From assembly GCA_026936335.1 (NCBI GenBank), contig JAPMXV010000061.1, forward strand, positions 258,420-322,419: DNA of 64,000 nt, written 5' to 3'. The position numbers were made by a program, and so were the translations under genes. This DNA comes from Mantamonas sphyraenae STR306. Lineage: Eukaryota > Protista > CRuMs. This document shows positions 23,779-37,100 of the stretch, in pieces. The first letter of the stretch is position 1; each line of letters begins with the position of its first letter. The notes under the pieces were generated by a model. It was not told where the DNA came from, did no database searches, and saw only the letters and a list, made by a program, of their open reading frames with translations.

Positions 23779-26700
23779 ATGCCCTTGTCTGCAAAAGCTC
23801 AAGAGCTTCTGGGCAAGGTGTTCAAGGTTGGTTGTGTTTTGTGTGTAGGATGGGGGAAGGCAAGCGAGAGGTGTGCGGGACCAGGGCGTTGCGGTGACTC
23901 GGAGGACAGTTGTGGCTCCGAAACCTGCCTTTTTTCCTGGACGGCGGGACATTTGCGGTGAGGCAAGACGTAGGAGGGATGGTGTGCTGACGCTACGCGG
24001 GGAACCGTGGTGAATGGGGCAGTTGGTGACGGGAAACGACTTGGAAGTGGCGTCCGCTGTATGCTTTGTGACGGACACGGAGATTGAGTCGCACGAGCTT
24101 GGAGAGCATTTGCACCACCTTTTCAGCGTGGCGAATGCAACACACACATTTCTGGGCAAGCTACTGGGAGATGCGTTGCGCGTGCAGAAAACAGACGTGG
24201 ACAGTCTGCACTTTGCATTCCCACCAAGCACTGTGGCGTCGTCACTTTTCGCGCTGGAGCTGAGCGAGGCCCAGCCGGACGCATGGCTCGGGTCTGTGCT
24301 TGCGTCCGTGCTGGAGCGCGTAGGAACGTGTGCTCTGTCGATGGAATGGCCTGTAAGTGTGCAAAGAGTGTGGGGATGAGCGATGGCTGAGTGTGCGGCG
24401 CGGGATGGCGCAGTGAGGGGCTGGGGCTGAGGAGTCACGCGGGATCGCACGGCGGACTGACGCGCAAGGGCGGGGCACGCGTGGGCTGCCACCAGGCGAA
24501 CCAGGAAGAGGGGGACGCAGAAGAAAAGATTGCAGAACGAGCGCGTGTGGTGAGCGACTTTGCTGTGGAGATTGTGGAAGCGGTGGAGCGCGAGTCTGCA
24601 CAGGTGCCTGCAAAGGTGGTCACGCTGCTCAAGCTTCTTCGGCAGGTTCTGGAAAACGCGTTCCAAGAGGCGTGGCCACGTGGTGTGGGCTCGCTGTTCT
24701 GCTCACGGATGTTGTCACTGGCCATTGCCGCGCCTGAACGCTGGGGCGTGCAGCAAGGTGTGTTTGTACTGCCGGGGGCCCGAGGACGGGGAGGAGTTTG
24801 TGTGTGGACGCACCTGTTGAACCTCTCGCACTCACACACTCGCGCACTCACGTTGTGAATCACGCACGGCAACCGTTCACTCGCAATTGGTTCACCCAAC
24901 ACAGCACCGCCGCCTTCGCTGGTGCGACGTCTCTTGCTTCTGGTGTCCAAGCTTGTGTTTCACATTTTCGCAGGGCACGAGTTTGGCACAGACGAGGAGG
25001 CGGAGTTGCAGCTACTGAACGACGTGGTGCACAAACATCACGAACGGGCGTGCCGCGTGATGGCTGATGTCACAGCGTCATCATTCGCTGGTTTGGAGCG
25101 CCAGGAGAGCGGAGCAGGCGACGACGAAGCCGGCAGCAGCGCGCCGAGTGCAGCACAGATCAAGCGAAACCTCCAGGTGATGTTGTTTATCGAGAGCGTA
25201 CTTCGACGGTATGCAGACGACGTCACGAAAGAGCTGAAACGGCGCGGCACGACGTCGTTGCTGCTGGCCATGTCCGAGGTGCTTACCGAGGCGTACAACG
25301 TGGACCTTCCCCACCGGTTCTCCAACTACTTGATGCCACGCACGCGCACATCGCCCAAGTACGTGCATTTCCTGCGTCTGAATCAGAACGAACAGATGCT
25401 TCGGGCGGGCGAGATGGACTATTGTACGCAGGACACGAACCGCGTGCACCACATGGGCTTTGGTTCGTGGAAGACTGGCTACGTGCGCGTGTCCACACAC
25501 TACGTGTACATCTTTCTGGACGAGCAGTTTCCGTTCCCCACGGTGGCAGTGCCATGGTACCAGGGCGTGCAAATTTCACACTTTGAAATTCTGCAGGCGC
25601 TGTGCGTGCATGTCCACAACGCGATCGTATACCTTCGCATTGCGGAAACAGAGATGCGACAGGAATGGTTGCAGGAGCTTGAGGAACACGCGGACAGACG
25701 CATGCACAGGCTGTGGAAGCGTGCCGGTGTGCAACCTGACGAAACGCATATCTCGGGCTTTTTGTTTGACGCCACGGGCGAAGGCAACACAAGCGCAGGT
25801 GGGTCATCTTCGTCGTCGTCGTCTGGGTCGTCTGGGTCGTCTGGGTCGTCTGGGTCGTCTGGATCGTCTTTGAGGGGCGAGTCTTCGTCGTCGTCGTTGC
25901 TGAGCGGCAAGGGTGGTGGCAAGGTGCGCGGATGGAGACCGCGCTTTGCAGTGGTGTCTGAGAACAAACTGTGGCTGTACGAGACGCCGACAACGATGGA
26001 GCGGTGCGTGACCGTGGTCGACTTGACGGGCAGACGGACGCGTGTGTCGCAGTCAACGCAGGTGGACAACGCGGTCATTGTGTACTCGGAGGCGGAACGA
26101 AGGGAACATCAGGTGCGCTTGGCTACGGCGTTGGAGAGTTCTATGTGGATGGAGGCTCTGCAGCGTGTAATCAACCAGTGGCGCGTGGAGCACGATCTGC
26201 CGCTGCTGACAGACAACCTGGAAGAGGGAGGTAGCGCGGAGTCGGGGCTGGTTGACCTGTACAACCCTGCGCTGACGGGATACCTGGAGGTGCGAGCAAG
26301 CGACATTGTGGCGGAACGGTGGTTCCGGCGCTTTTGTGTGCTGATGCCGTACGGGGTGCTGTACGCATTCAAAGGTGTGCAGGCAGGAGTGACGTCTGTG
26401 ACCAAGCCGACGGATGTGATCCCTCTCTACGGGAGCCAGAGTGCACTGATGGACAGCGAACTGGACGACAACCATCCGTACGCGTTTGATCTGTTTTCGC
26501 AGGCGCGGGACAGGCGCTACCAGCTTCAAGGAGAGAGCGCGGAGGACTTTCGCAAGTGGTGGGTGGCCCTGGAGGGTGTACTGGAGGAGAGCCGCGGCAA
26601 GGATGTGCCGGAGGACATGGTGATTGTGGAGCAGGCGGACGAAGAGGATGCGAGCGCAGAGCTGGCGCAGTTTGAGCACTTGGTGGACCTGTTGACGGGC

Positions 26701-29700
26701 AACGATTTCCTGTTTGTCGGCAACATGTGCAACGTGCTGGGTATGTCGCTGGATCGAGTCGTGGCTCCGTTCTACCGCGTGTTTCTTTCGCGCAACGAGC
26801 TGTACGCGTTGATCGAGGCGATGATTGTGTCACACTTGGACCAAACGACGGACACGACGACGTTGTTCCGCAAGGACAACATGGCGACGAAGGTGATGGG
26901 ACAAATGGCAAAGAACTTTGGCAAAGAGTACCTGAAGACCATGCTGCTGCCGTACATCGAGCCGCTGCTGGACACGACGCGGAAGTGGAGCTGCGACCCG
27001 GTGAGCGCTGAGGACGACCCGTCGATTGACGTGGAGGCAAACATGCGTGACCTGGAGGCGCTGATCCGAGAGATCCTGGAGCGAGTGCTGAGTTCGGGAC
27101 CGGAAGTGCCAGAGGTGCTGCGCATTGGGTGCCGGCTGATGCACAGGACGATGCTGGTGAAGTATCCAGATTCGGACACGTGGAAGACAGGCATCCGCAA
27201 CTTTATGTTTTTGCGTTTCATCTGCTCGTCGCTGGTGGCGCCGGAGGCATACGGGATTGTGGACAGCTCGCCGTCGCGTGCAGCGCGAACGGCGCTTACG
27301 ATGTTGGCCAAGGTGATGCAGAATCTGGTGAATGGCGTGCGGTGGAAGGAGGGGCTGAAGGAGGAGCACTTGATCCCGTTCAACGATGTGATTGACGAGT
27401 TTGCGGAGCGCATGGATGCGTTCTTCTACGAGCTCGTGGAGCCGCCTGCGCTGGACGGGTCGATGCCAGACTTTCGCAAGATGAAGGAGCACATGCCGAC
27501 GAGTGCGGACGTGGTGCACGACCTGCTGACCATCCACTTTCACCTAAGCAAGAAGGAAGGGAAGATCGTGGAAGCGCTAAAGGGAGCCGGGGCGAGCGAA
27601 GCACTTGTGGACGAGACGCTGCGCGTGGCGAGCGAAGAGTACGAGGTGAAAGGTGGCGGGGTTGCGCACCGAGAATCGTTTTCGATGGGCTACTCGCAGA
27701 ACAAGGAGAATTGGCTGCACAAGGGTTGGCTGTACAAGCGTACGGGTTCGTCGGTGTCGCACATCGGGCGAAAGAACTGGAAGCGTCGCTACTTTGTGCT
27801 GCTTCCGACGACGCTGGTGTACTTCAACGAAAACGAAACCAACACGATTGTGGGCAGTGTGGCGCTGGACGAGGGAGGTACGGTGCGAGCGGCGACGTTG
27901 GCCGGGGCAGAGCACGCGTTTGTGATTGAAAAGGACGACCAGGTGTTTTACGTGCAAGCGGAGAGCGAGGGCAAGCGTGACGAGTGGATCAAGGCGATCG
28001 AGACACAACTGGAGGAGCTGAGCAGCCACATCGAAAGCGGAAGCTTCGACAGGAGCAAAATGGTCGGGGACGGGTGGCTTGGCTACCAGGGCCAAGACCT
28101 GGCGCGTATGTGGAGGCGACGATACTGTGTGTTTACGTCTGACGGGCAACTGTTCCTGTTTGCGTCGGCCAAGGCGCTGGAGCGACCTCTGGGTATGATC
28201 CAGCTGGGAGTGAACTCGCTTGTGAGCTGCACGGGGGTGCACAACGGCTTTGAAGTGTTTGTGCTGGAGCACCAGCGATACTACCGGTTCCAGGCAGAGG
28301 ACGGATTGGCGCTGAAGAATTGGGTGTCGATGCTGGACGGCCACGTGCACGACGAGCAGCGGCGGAAGAAGGAGCTGTACCTGGGCCAAATGGGAGACTT
28401 TGAGCCTGCAGATCTGCAAGATCGTGTGCACGATGGGTTCTTGGTGAAGCGCGTGCGGTCGGGCACAAAACGGCGACGGTTCTTTGTACTGCTGAGCGGC
28501 GGACTGCTGTACTACTTTCGCAAGCCGCAGTACGGGCAGATGAGCACTGAGGAGCCGCTGGGATGCATCATGCTGGTGGGACGGGAAAGCAAGGTGGGCA
28601 CGGGGGACGGAGAAGGGGAGCTGTACGTGTACAGCGAGCCGGAGGACAAGACGTACGAGCTTGTGGCGGACGGGTCGGAAGAGTGCAGTGAGTGGGTGCG
28701 CAAGGTGGCGACTGTGCTAGACTCGACGCGGGAGCTGGACGTTGTGGCACTGCAAAAGGATGCGGTGGGACGGGTGGTGCGTGGCGGCTATCTGTACAAG
28801 CAGGGGAACGATCTGCTGAAGAAGTTTCGGCTGCGGTACGTGATCCTGCTGGACTCGGGAGAGCTGCGGTACTATCGCAACAAGAACATTCGGGAGAGCG
28901 ACAACTTGCTTGGGAGCGTGTATCTGCGGGGCACAAACACGGTTGCGCGCTCGTGCCGCAACAAGCAGGGCGTTGCGGACCGGGTGCAGTTTGAGGTGTA
29001 CAGCGAGACGCAGGACAGGTGGTTTGTGTTCCGGGCGGACGGAAAATATCTGAAGGAACAGTGGTTGGGAGACATCCTGAGCGTGAGCAGCGAGGTGACG
29101 GCCAGGAATGCAGGACGTCTGGGGCGCAAGGACACTGCGGAAGGGCGTGTAGGCGGCGGGGCAGGGGTGAGGAAGGGGGTGTCGATCGAGAGCGTGGGAG
29201 GGCGAGGCGGAGGGCGAAAACAGCTGGAGGTGGAGCTTGTGCCGTATGTGACGCTGATCGATACGCTGCGCATGGAGAACTTGTGCGTGATTGCGGCGCT
29301 GATGGAGAACGCCGGGCGGACAGAGGCGGAACGATCGCGGTTTGCATCTGCAGTGGTGGACTTTTGCGCGTCGCAAACGCTGGGAGGACAGCTTGTGCGT
29401 GTGCTGGTGGAACAGCAGACGGCCGAGTGCTCCAAGGTGGACGTGATGTTCCGTCAGGGGAGCACTGCGCAGCGAATCATGCAGTCGTACCTTGTTCGGC
29501 ATGGGTTGCCGCTTGTGGGTGCGGTGACACGTGAGATGCTGCGTGTGGTGAGCCAGCTGGAGTACGAAGTGGACATGGAGGCCGATGATGCAATGATGCG
29601 GGAGGACGCGCAGTCTCTTCTGCTGGGACAGGCTCTGGAGTGTGTTGCCAAGGTGGAGGAGATTGAGATGGAGAGTGTGGCAAGTCCTGTGCGATGGGTG

Positions 29701-31158
29701 GTGATGCTTGTGCGAGAGGTGGTGGGCGCCAAGTTTGGGGAGGCGTGGACGCACTTGGCCAACAGACTTGTGTGGACGGATTTGTTTGCGTACACGATGG
29801 GCCGGGTGGGAGAGTTTAAGCTGAGCGACTCGCCGACCGAGTACGGAGCACGTGCGGCGAGCCAGCTGGGGCGTGTGCTGAGTGCGGTGATGAGTGGAGA
29901 GGTGGTGGAAACGGAAACGGAGGAAAAGGTGATTGTGAACGGGGTGCCAACGACACGGGAGCGAGTGAACGCGATGGCGTTTGCGAACGAGGATGCGCAA
30001 AGGCAACGGGAAAAGGGCCTGTGGGTGGAGGCGTGTGCGGGGTCGATTGGACGTGAGGCGGAGGCGGAAGTGGATGCAGCGAGCGAGGTGCAAGGGCATG
30101 AGGAGGTGATTGCGGCGCTGCAGGAACTGCACGCGCTGTTGAAGAGCAAACACATCTTTGTGGGCAACTTTGTGCGGGACATGGTAGAGGGAGATGCGGC
30201 AGAGGAGGTGGTGGAGGCTGTGGAACGTGAGGCGAACCGTGGATACGAAGGAGAAGAGCTGGCACACGTGGAATTGAGCGGAGCGGTGCGACGTGGCTGG
30301 ATGTACAAGAAGGGTCAAAGCAAGATGAGTGCGTGGAAGCGGCGGTGGTTTGTGCTACTGGAAAAAGGGGAGGTTGTGTACTTTGCGAACGAACAGGCAA
30401 AGGAGCGGAGCACGGAGGTGAGCCTGGGGGTCATCAACCTGCAGGGTAGCGAAACGCGAGTGTCGTGTTCTGAGGGCAAGGGACGCAGTCAGGGCCTGGA
30501 TGTGTTTAGCCAGTACAGCAAGCGTGTGTACATGCTGTCGTGCGGGAGCGAGGAGGAACGCAACGCATGGCTGGCGGACATGTTTGAGGTGCTTGCGAAG
30601 CTGCGTGCAAGCGGGAAGGGCAAGGGCAGAATGCGAGGAAAGAGCGGATCGGAAAAGGCACTGGCAGGATCGTCGCGACGAAGTGTGAGCTGGGTGAAGG
30701 GCAAGGGCAAGGAGATTGTGGAAAAGGCGATTGAGGCGAGGAATGTGGAGGATGTGGCAAAACGTACGGTGAGCGAGGATGACACGGATGAAGGGCCTGT
30801 GATGGAAGGAGTGCTGTACAAGCGAGGCAACGACCTGCGCAAGAAGCTGCGGCCGCGTTTCTTCCGGCTGTATGCGGACGGGGAAATCAAGTACTACAAG
30901 GACGAAAACGTGCTGGACCCCGGAGCGTACCTTGGGTGCATCCTGTTGCACGGAACAGAGTCTGGGGTGCTGGAGGCGGACAAACGACGGGATGTGAGCT
31001 TCAACGTGTTTTCGCAGAGCCAGGATCGTGTGTTTTACCTGCAGGCGTCGACGCCCGAGAGCAAGGAGAGATGGGTGGATGGGATTCGGCGTGTGCGACG
31101 TGGACTGTTGAGTGGCGAAGAGGTGTTGGGGCAGGAGCAGGGGGTGGTTGTGTCGTGA
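23779..31158 (+). CDS. Multi-PH RasGAP protein (3 RasGAP-like and 9 PH domains), with several short 5' exons
   Basis: Canonical RasGAP at ~26670-27560 (TLFRKDNMATK, FMFLRFICSSLVAPEAYG, LAKVMQNLVNG). Degenerate copies at ~24020-25060 and ~29240-30150. Nine PH domains of the form G(W/Y)L.K..W.RR(Y/F)FVL...W...I. The 5' exons (MPLSAKAQELLGKVFK|LWLRNLPFFLDGGTFA|LVTGNDLEV...) are inferred from GT-AG sites. Confidence 0.85.
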
Positions 31159-31195
31159 GTGCGGCAGGCAATGCAGGAAAACTTACGCAATGCGT

Positions 31196-34100
31196 ATGCA
31201 ACAGTCTGGATTGGTTGTCGTGATTGCGCTAGTTGCATTGGGGTTGTTCGTGCAAGTGTACGGGCACACGTTTGGTATGTGCCGTGAAAGGGGGAAATGC
31301 AAGAAACGGGATGGCGAAATGTTGGTCGTTGGAGTGGGTGGGCGGGGTGGGGAGGTGAACGGGAGTCGGTTGATTGGGCGGGAGTGGGAGGAGAGGGTTT
31401 TGGAAGAGTCAAGATGGGTTGTGCTGCAGTAGGAGGAGCTGGGAGCCCGCGTGATGTGGACGTGTGCAAAAGAAGTCCGGGGGTTGGGCATTGACACGGT
31501 TTGACGCATTGTGTGAGTGCAGAATTTTCACAGACGGGCCATGTGATGTCATGCGACGCGTATCCGGACCCTGCAGACTCGAGCACAGCGTAGGTTGGGA
31601 GGTGGCCGTTTTGCCTAGAAAGGCAAATCTAGACCAAATTCCAAATTCGAAGTTGTTGTTGCGAACGAACTGACGCGGCTCTACGCTCGTCCACGGACAC
31701 AGGAGCAACGGAGCGACGCAGCACAAATCTTCTGCAATCCACGAGACGGTGCCTGCGGGCCAATCGTGGGTGCTGCTCAAGTACATGGCGAGCCCGGCGT
31801 TTACAAACTCCTTGAACGATCTGGGCCCAATTGTTCTCTACCGCGCAGTGTCGGCGCCAGGAACGGGAGATGACTCGGATGCAGGCGCATTTCACTTTGC
31901 CACCAACCGCGGGGTGACGCAGATGGCAGGGAGTGTGTACAACATGTCGTTTACACCAGCGACGCCTATCGAGTTTCCTGCGCAGGGCATCTACCCGCCA
32001 AACGACCAGACCAAGGCAAATTCGATGCTGATGACATTTCAATCACGAGGGCAGGTGGGTTGGATGGTGGAGGGATGTTGCACAAGGCGGGATGACGAAA
32101 GGTGGGTCGCTGACGCCCATGATGCACACAGTTTACACTCACGTCAGCTGGAGTCCGCAACGCGGGCGGTTACCAGACTACACACGACGGAGCGGCGGCG
32201 CACATCATCACACACCTAAATTTGGATGGAAAATTCGTCGCCGCCAACGGCCTGCTCGGAGGAGCATCGGACACCACGGTGCCGAGCGTAGGCACAGTGG
32301 CTCATTCCTACTGTGCAATTCCGACGGGGCCCAACAAACAATCTGCGCCCAACCCACTGTGTTCAGGAGGAGGCGGCGGGGCGATCGACACGGTGGCAAA
32401 CCCAAATGTGCCAGCGAGCGGGGCTGGTGGAGGTGGATACGGTGAAGGAGTGACGTCGTACGCCAACGGGGTGGCATCGGAGTCGGCACTGGCTGGCAAG
32501 CCCCACCGTGGGCCAAACCTGGTGATGGGCGGAGGAGGAGGGTCGGGTTCGGCAATTGCAGGTGCATCGACAAACGCCGGCGGCCGAGGCGGAGGCATAT
32601 TCATTGTCTTTGCCAAAACAATCTCGGGAACAGGCGTTTTTGATGTGTCTGGACGGGATGGAGGCTCAAACGTGGCAGGGAACCCAAAAGGCGGAGGTGG
32701 CGGAGGCGGAACGGTGTACCTGAACACAGGGTCGCTGTCGCCCACCATCAACTTCAACGTGGCGGGCGGTATTGGTGGGCCCGACGGACCAGGATCGACA
32801 ACAACGAATGGTGGCGAAGGTCGCGTGATTGTGGAGTCAAACAACTGCACGTCGATCGAGCTGTCATCGTCGACGGTGGGGCTGGACGCGAGCGTGGACG
32901 TGAACATCCACGGCTCTCTGTTGGACATCAAGGACAACTGTCCGTATCGACACTGCTTCATTTTGACGCCAAACAATCTGGATGACTTGAACCAGTACGA
33001 GGCAGCGTGTGCGGCGCTGCCGGTGAGGGCGAGGCCAGCGTCGATTTTGAACGAACACGAGCACAATTTGGTGTCGCAACTGTACCCGAGCAAACAGAGA
33101 TTCACGTTGGGTGCAAAGCAGGTGCGTGGTTTCACATACACGTGGCTGGATGGCAACAACATGACGTACACACGGTGGCAGGGTGGAACGGCTCCGAACA
33201 CGGTGCGCATCCAGTTTGGGGCCAACTTGCGCACGTATCCAGGTGACGCTGTCAATTGGGTGGGCGACAACACACAGACACGTGCGCTGTGCAAGCGGAC
33301 GCTGGACATCGAGTGCACGTGGAAGGTGGCGGGGCACAACGACGTGACCACCACGGCGATACACCACGGCGGAATCCGTGTGTCGTGCCCCACGCCAGCA
33401 CAGGTGCAATTGGGCATCACGAGCGTTGCACAGGCGACGCTTGAGGTGTCTCTGCACGGGGAGCTGTTTGGAAAGGCGTCTGTGACGCTGCAGCCTGCGC
33501 CAGTGCTCCCTGCGCTTCCGTGCGACCTCGACGACTACCCGTCTCTGGAACTGGCTCACACGACGCGCTCCCTGGACGCTTTCTATGCCCTTGTGGCGTC
33601 CTCTGCGGCTGGGTCCAGCACGATACGCGTTGATGCCGCTTCGGTGCCTGCGAAAGGCGCTGCGATTGCGGTCGCACTGACGCTGCGTGCATCGCCGACA
33701 TCCACACCGTCGACAGCCCAATGGGCGGTGGCGTATGTGTCGGCGGTGGGAGCAAACGGCACACTGACGCTGGACCGGCGCTTGCCGTTTGCAGTGTCTC
33801 CCAGCACACACACGGTGTCGCTGCTGCACACGTACTCGTCGATCACGCTGACCAGTGCATCGATCACGGTGCCGGCGTATGACTCGGCGACGCGAGCGGG
33901 GGGCGTGCTGTTTCTGAGGACAGGGCATCTGTCCATGGATGCGCAGTCTACCATCGACCTGCAGGGGAAAGGATATCCGGAAGCGCTGGCTGCGTCATCG
34001 CGGCTGACGCCTGTCTCGGGTCTGCCGTCGATGACGGAACACGGAGCGCTGGTGCTGTTTTACACAAGTGCGTCGTCCATCAATGCGACGACTCCGGCCT

Positions 34101-37100
34101 CGGTGACGGTGTTTTCGTCGTCGCTGGCGCCGTCGTACCACACGCCGCTGCCACCATCGACGCTGGCCAACCCCACAGTCGGGGCAAAGTGTTTTGCAGC
34201 AAACCGCGTGGACACCAATTCGCCACGGCAGTCATCTGTATCGCTGCGGCTGGACCAGCACACGTTTGACACGACGCGGACATGCGTGTTTCAGCACTGT
34301 CTGAGTGTGGGCACGGGCTGCACGGGCACGGCGTTTGCGCCGCTGCAGTCCACGTACGCAGCGTCGCTTGCAGACGACACGTCTACGATTTGTCGCGCTG
34401 CGACCACGTACACATGCGATTTTGGCGATGGGATCACCACGCAGCCGTCGTTCTCGTCGTCGGATCCGTCTGTGATCACGTGCCCAGTGCCGACAACTGT
34501 GCCGGCCGACAAGACGCCATCGACGACCTATGCGCTGTCTATTGCGTTGGCTGGGGCACGAGTAACGCAACCGGTGCCTGTGACTGTGCACCACACTCCA
34601 GCGTACGAGTTTCTGCTTCCTTGCGCGCCAGAGACGGCGGCGGGGCTTTCTCTGGCCAACAAAGAGTGGGACGGACTAAACACATACCATGCGCTCGCGG
34701 CGACGGCACACGCCGGTCAAAGCATTGTGACGCTGACGACAGATGGACACGGGCTGGCGGCGGGCGACCACATCCTGCTGCACCAAACCAAGGCGGATTT
34801 GGTGCACCACGGTGGACATTACGAGTTCAACGCAGTCGTTTCGGTGCAGGGGGCAATGATTGTGCTGCGCACGCCATTGGAACACAGGTTCACATCGCAT
34901 GCGCAGGTGGTGCGGTATACGCCGTACGACACGGTGACATTGCGGAACACAACGTTGCACCCGCGTGCGTGGGACGGACAGGTGGGCGCCATTATGGTGC
35001 TCCACGCACGACAGCTTGACATGGATGCGTTGTCGACTCTTGACGCGCGCGCACGAGGGTTTCGTGGCGGGCCTCGACAGACAACGGCCAACACAGGAGG
35101 CCACGCAGGCGAGGGGGAATTGGCAGGCACGTGGCCGATTGTTCACGCAGACGCATCGGCGAGCGTGCGTGGCTACGGTGGCCCCGGCGGAAGCACAGAC
35201 GGAAACAACTACTTTCTCAACGGTGGCGCCGGGATGAACCAGCCCTTCGAAAACCAGTACACGGTGCCATCGGTGACTCCGAAACCGACGTTTTCGCTGT
35301 CGCTGACGAATCCAAGTGACTATTTTGTGGCGAGTGGCCATCCGTACCACGCGCCCATGTCGCACAAGCTGTACCCTGGACAGGGTGGCGGCAGCGGATA
35401 CGCAGGAAGCTCGTCCGCTTTGTATGGCGGCGCAGGAGGTGCAGGAGGTGGCATCATTATTGTGATTGCAGACACGATCACAGGCAACGGGACGATCGAC
35501 ACACGAGGGGACATGGGCGAGATGCGACCGAGCGACGCCACGGCATCTGCAGGCGGACCTGGAGCAGCGGGAGACGTGATGATCCGCTCTCCCGACGCCT
35601 TGTCACACAACCTGACCTTGCTGACGGAAGGAGTGCAGGGACGTAACGCGGAGCCACCGCGGGCCACAAACGCAACGTCTGGCCATGCCAAGCGTCTGCT
35701 GCTGCCATACGCATGCTCTGCAGCGTCGACTGTGGATGTGAGCACAAAGACAGCCGCTAGCTCTGTGAACACGTCGTTTGCCATCACGGCGCTGTCCAAT
35801 ACCACGGTGTGCCCCTACCTGCACTGCACACTGATGCCTACGGGCACGTCGCTGCCTGCCACTCGCGATAGCCGCAGCACGTATCCGCAGTATTGCGCCA
35901 ACCTGGGAGCTCGCGTGATTTCTCTTCACAACCAAGCGCAAGAGCAAGCATGGTGGGCTCGCTTCTTTTCTCGATACGACGGCTTCCCGTCCTCGCCCGG
36001 TAGGCCGTACACTTGGGTGCCGTCCACCGCCCACGATGCCTCAATGGTGATGTACAACTTGGGCATGCACGTCCCAATGTTGTTTTCGCAGACGCTTGGT
36101 ACGTGGGTGAACGTCGATGCGTCCCCAGTGGATTACGTGGCGTGGGGAGGCTCCGAGCCAAACGACGCCAACTTGGTGGAGGATTACGTGGCCGGCAGCA
36201 CGATGTACCACCACCCGTATTGGAACGATAGTCCGGATTTGGATGCCCAGGTCCCAGCCGTGAGCACGTTCCAGCTGAAAACACGCTTGTTTCCATGCTT
36301 GCGGGAAACGAAGCTGGAGTGCGATGTCGCAGGCGTACGCACTGCCATCGTGCGCCATCCGACAGACCCGTCGCGTGTGACGTGTGTGCTCCCCTCCGTT
36401 GCTGCGTCGGGACCGCAAACGCTGCGCTTCTTGCATACAGGCGTCGATTTCGCAACGCCGCAGTCTGTGCTGTACATTGCACCAACGAATGCAGCTGCGT
36501 GCACGCACAACCTCACACAGACCCCGAGTCCGACACCGCGTGCAGGACAGGGTCTACACATTGGCATCACGGCCCGGGACATCTACGGAGCCCAGCAGTT
36601 CCATGCAAACGATACGTTTGTCGTTGCTGCGACGCACGTGGCGACGGGCACGGTGCTCGTCGTTGTCTCGGCCATCCCTGCGGCAGGAACTGGAAACTAC
36701 TCTGCGTCGATGAATCTCACCGTGTCTGGCGACTACTCTGTGGCCATCACTCTGAACGGGCAGCCGATCGCCCAATCGCCCGTCACCGTGCCGATCTTGT
36801 TTGCACCGCTTGCGCGCGCCAACCTGACTTCCTATGTTCCGCCGACACCCATAGTCCTGGATAGACGCACGGATCCGTTCGTACGCTTTGAGTACACCCT
36901 GTACGACGCGTACGACAACCTGTACACGCCATCTGTGACGGACAACCTGCCGGAATTGATCCACACCAGATCCTTCGCGCCGTTCAACTTTACGTGGTCC
37001 AGCTCGGGCGGTAATGCACACGTTGTGCTGTATCAGCTCCGCCCAATCGCCTACTTTTCGATTACGTTTAAGCCGTTGCAGTTGGCCCCTGTGCCCGACC

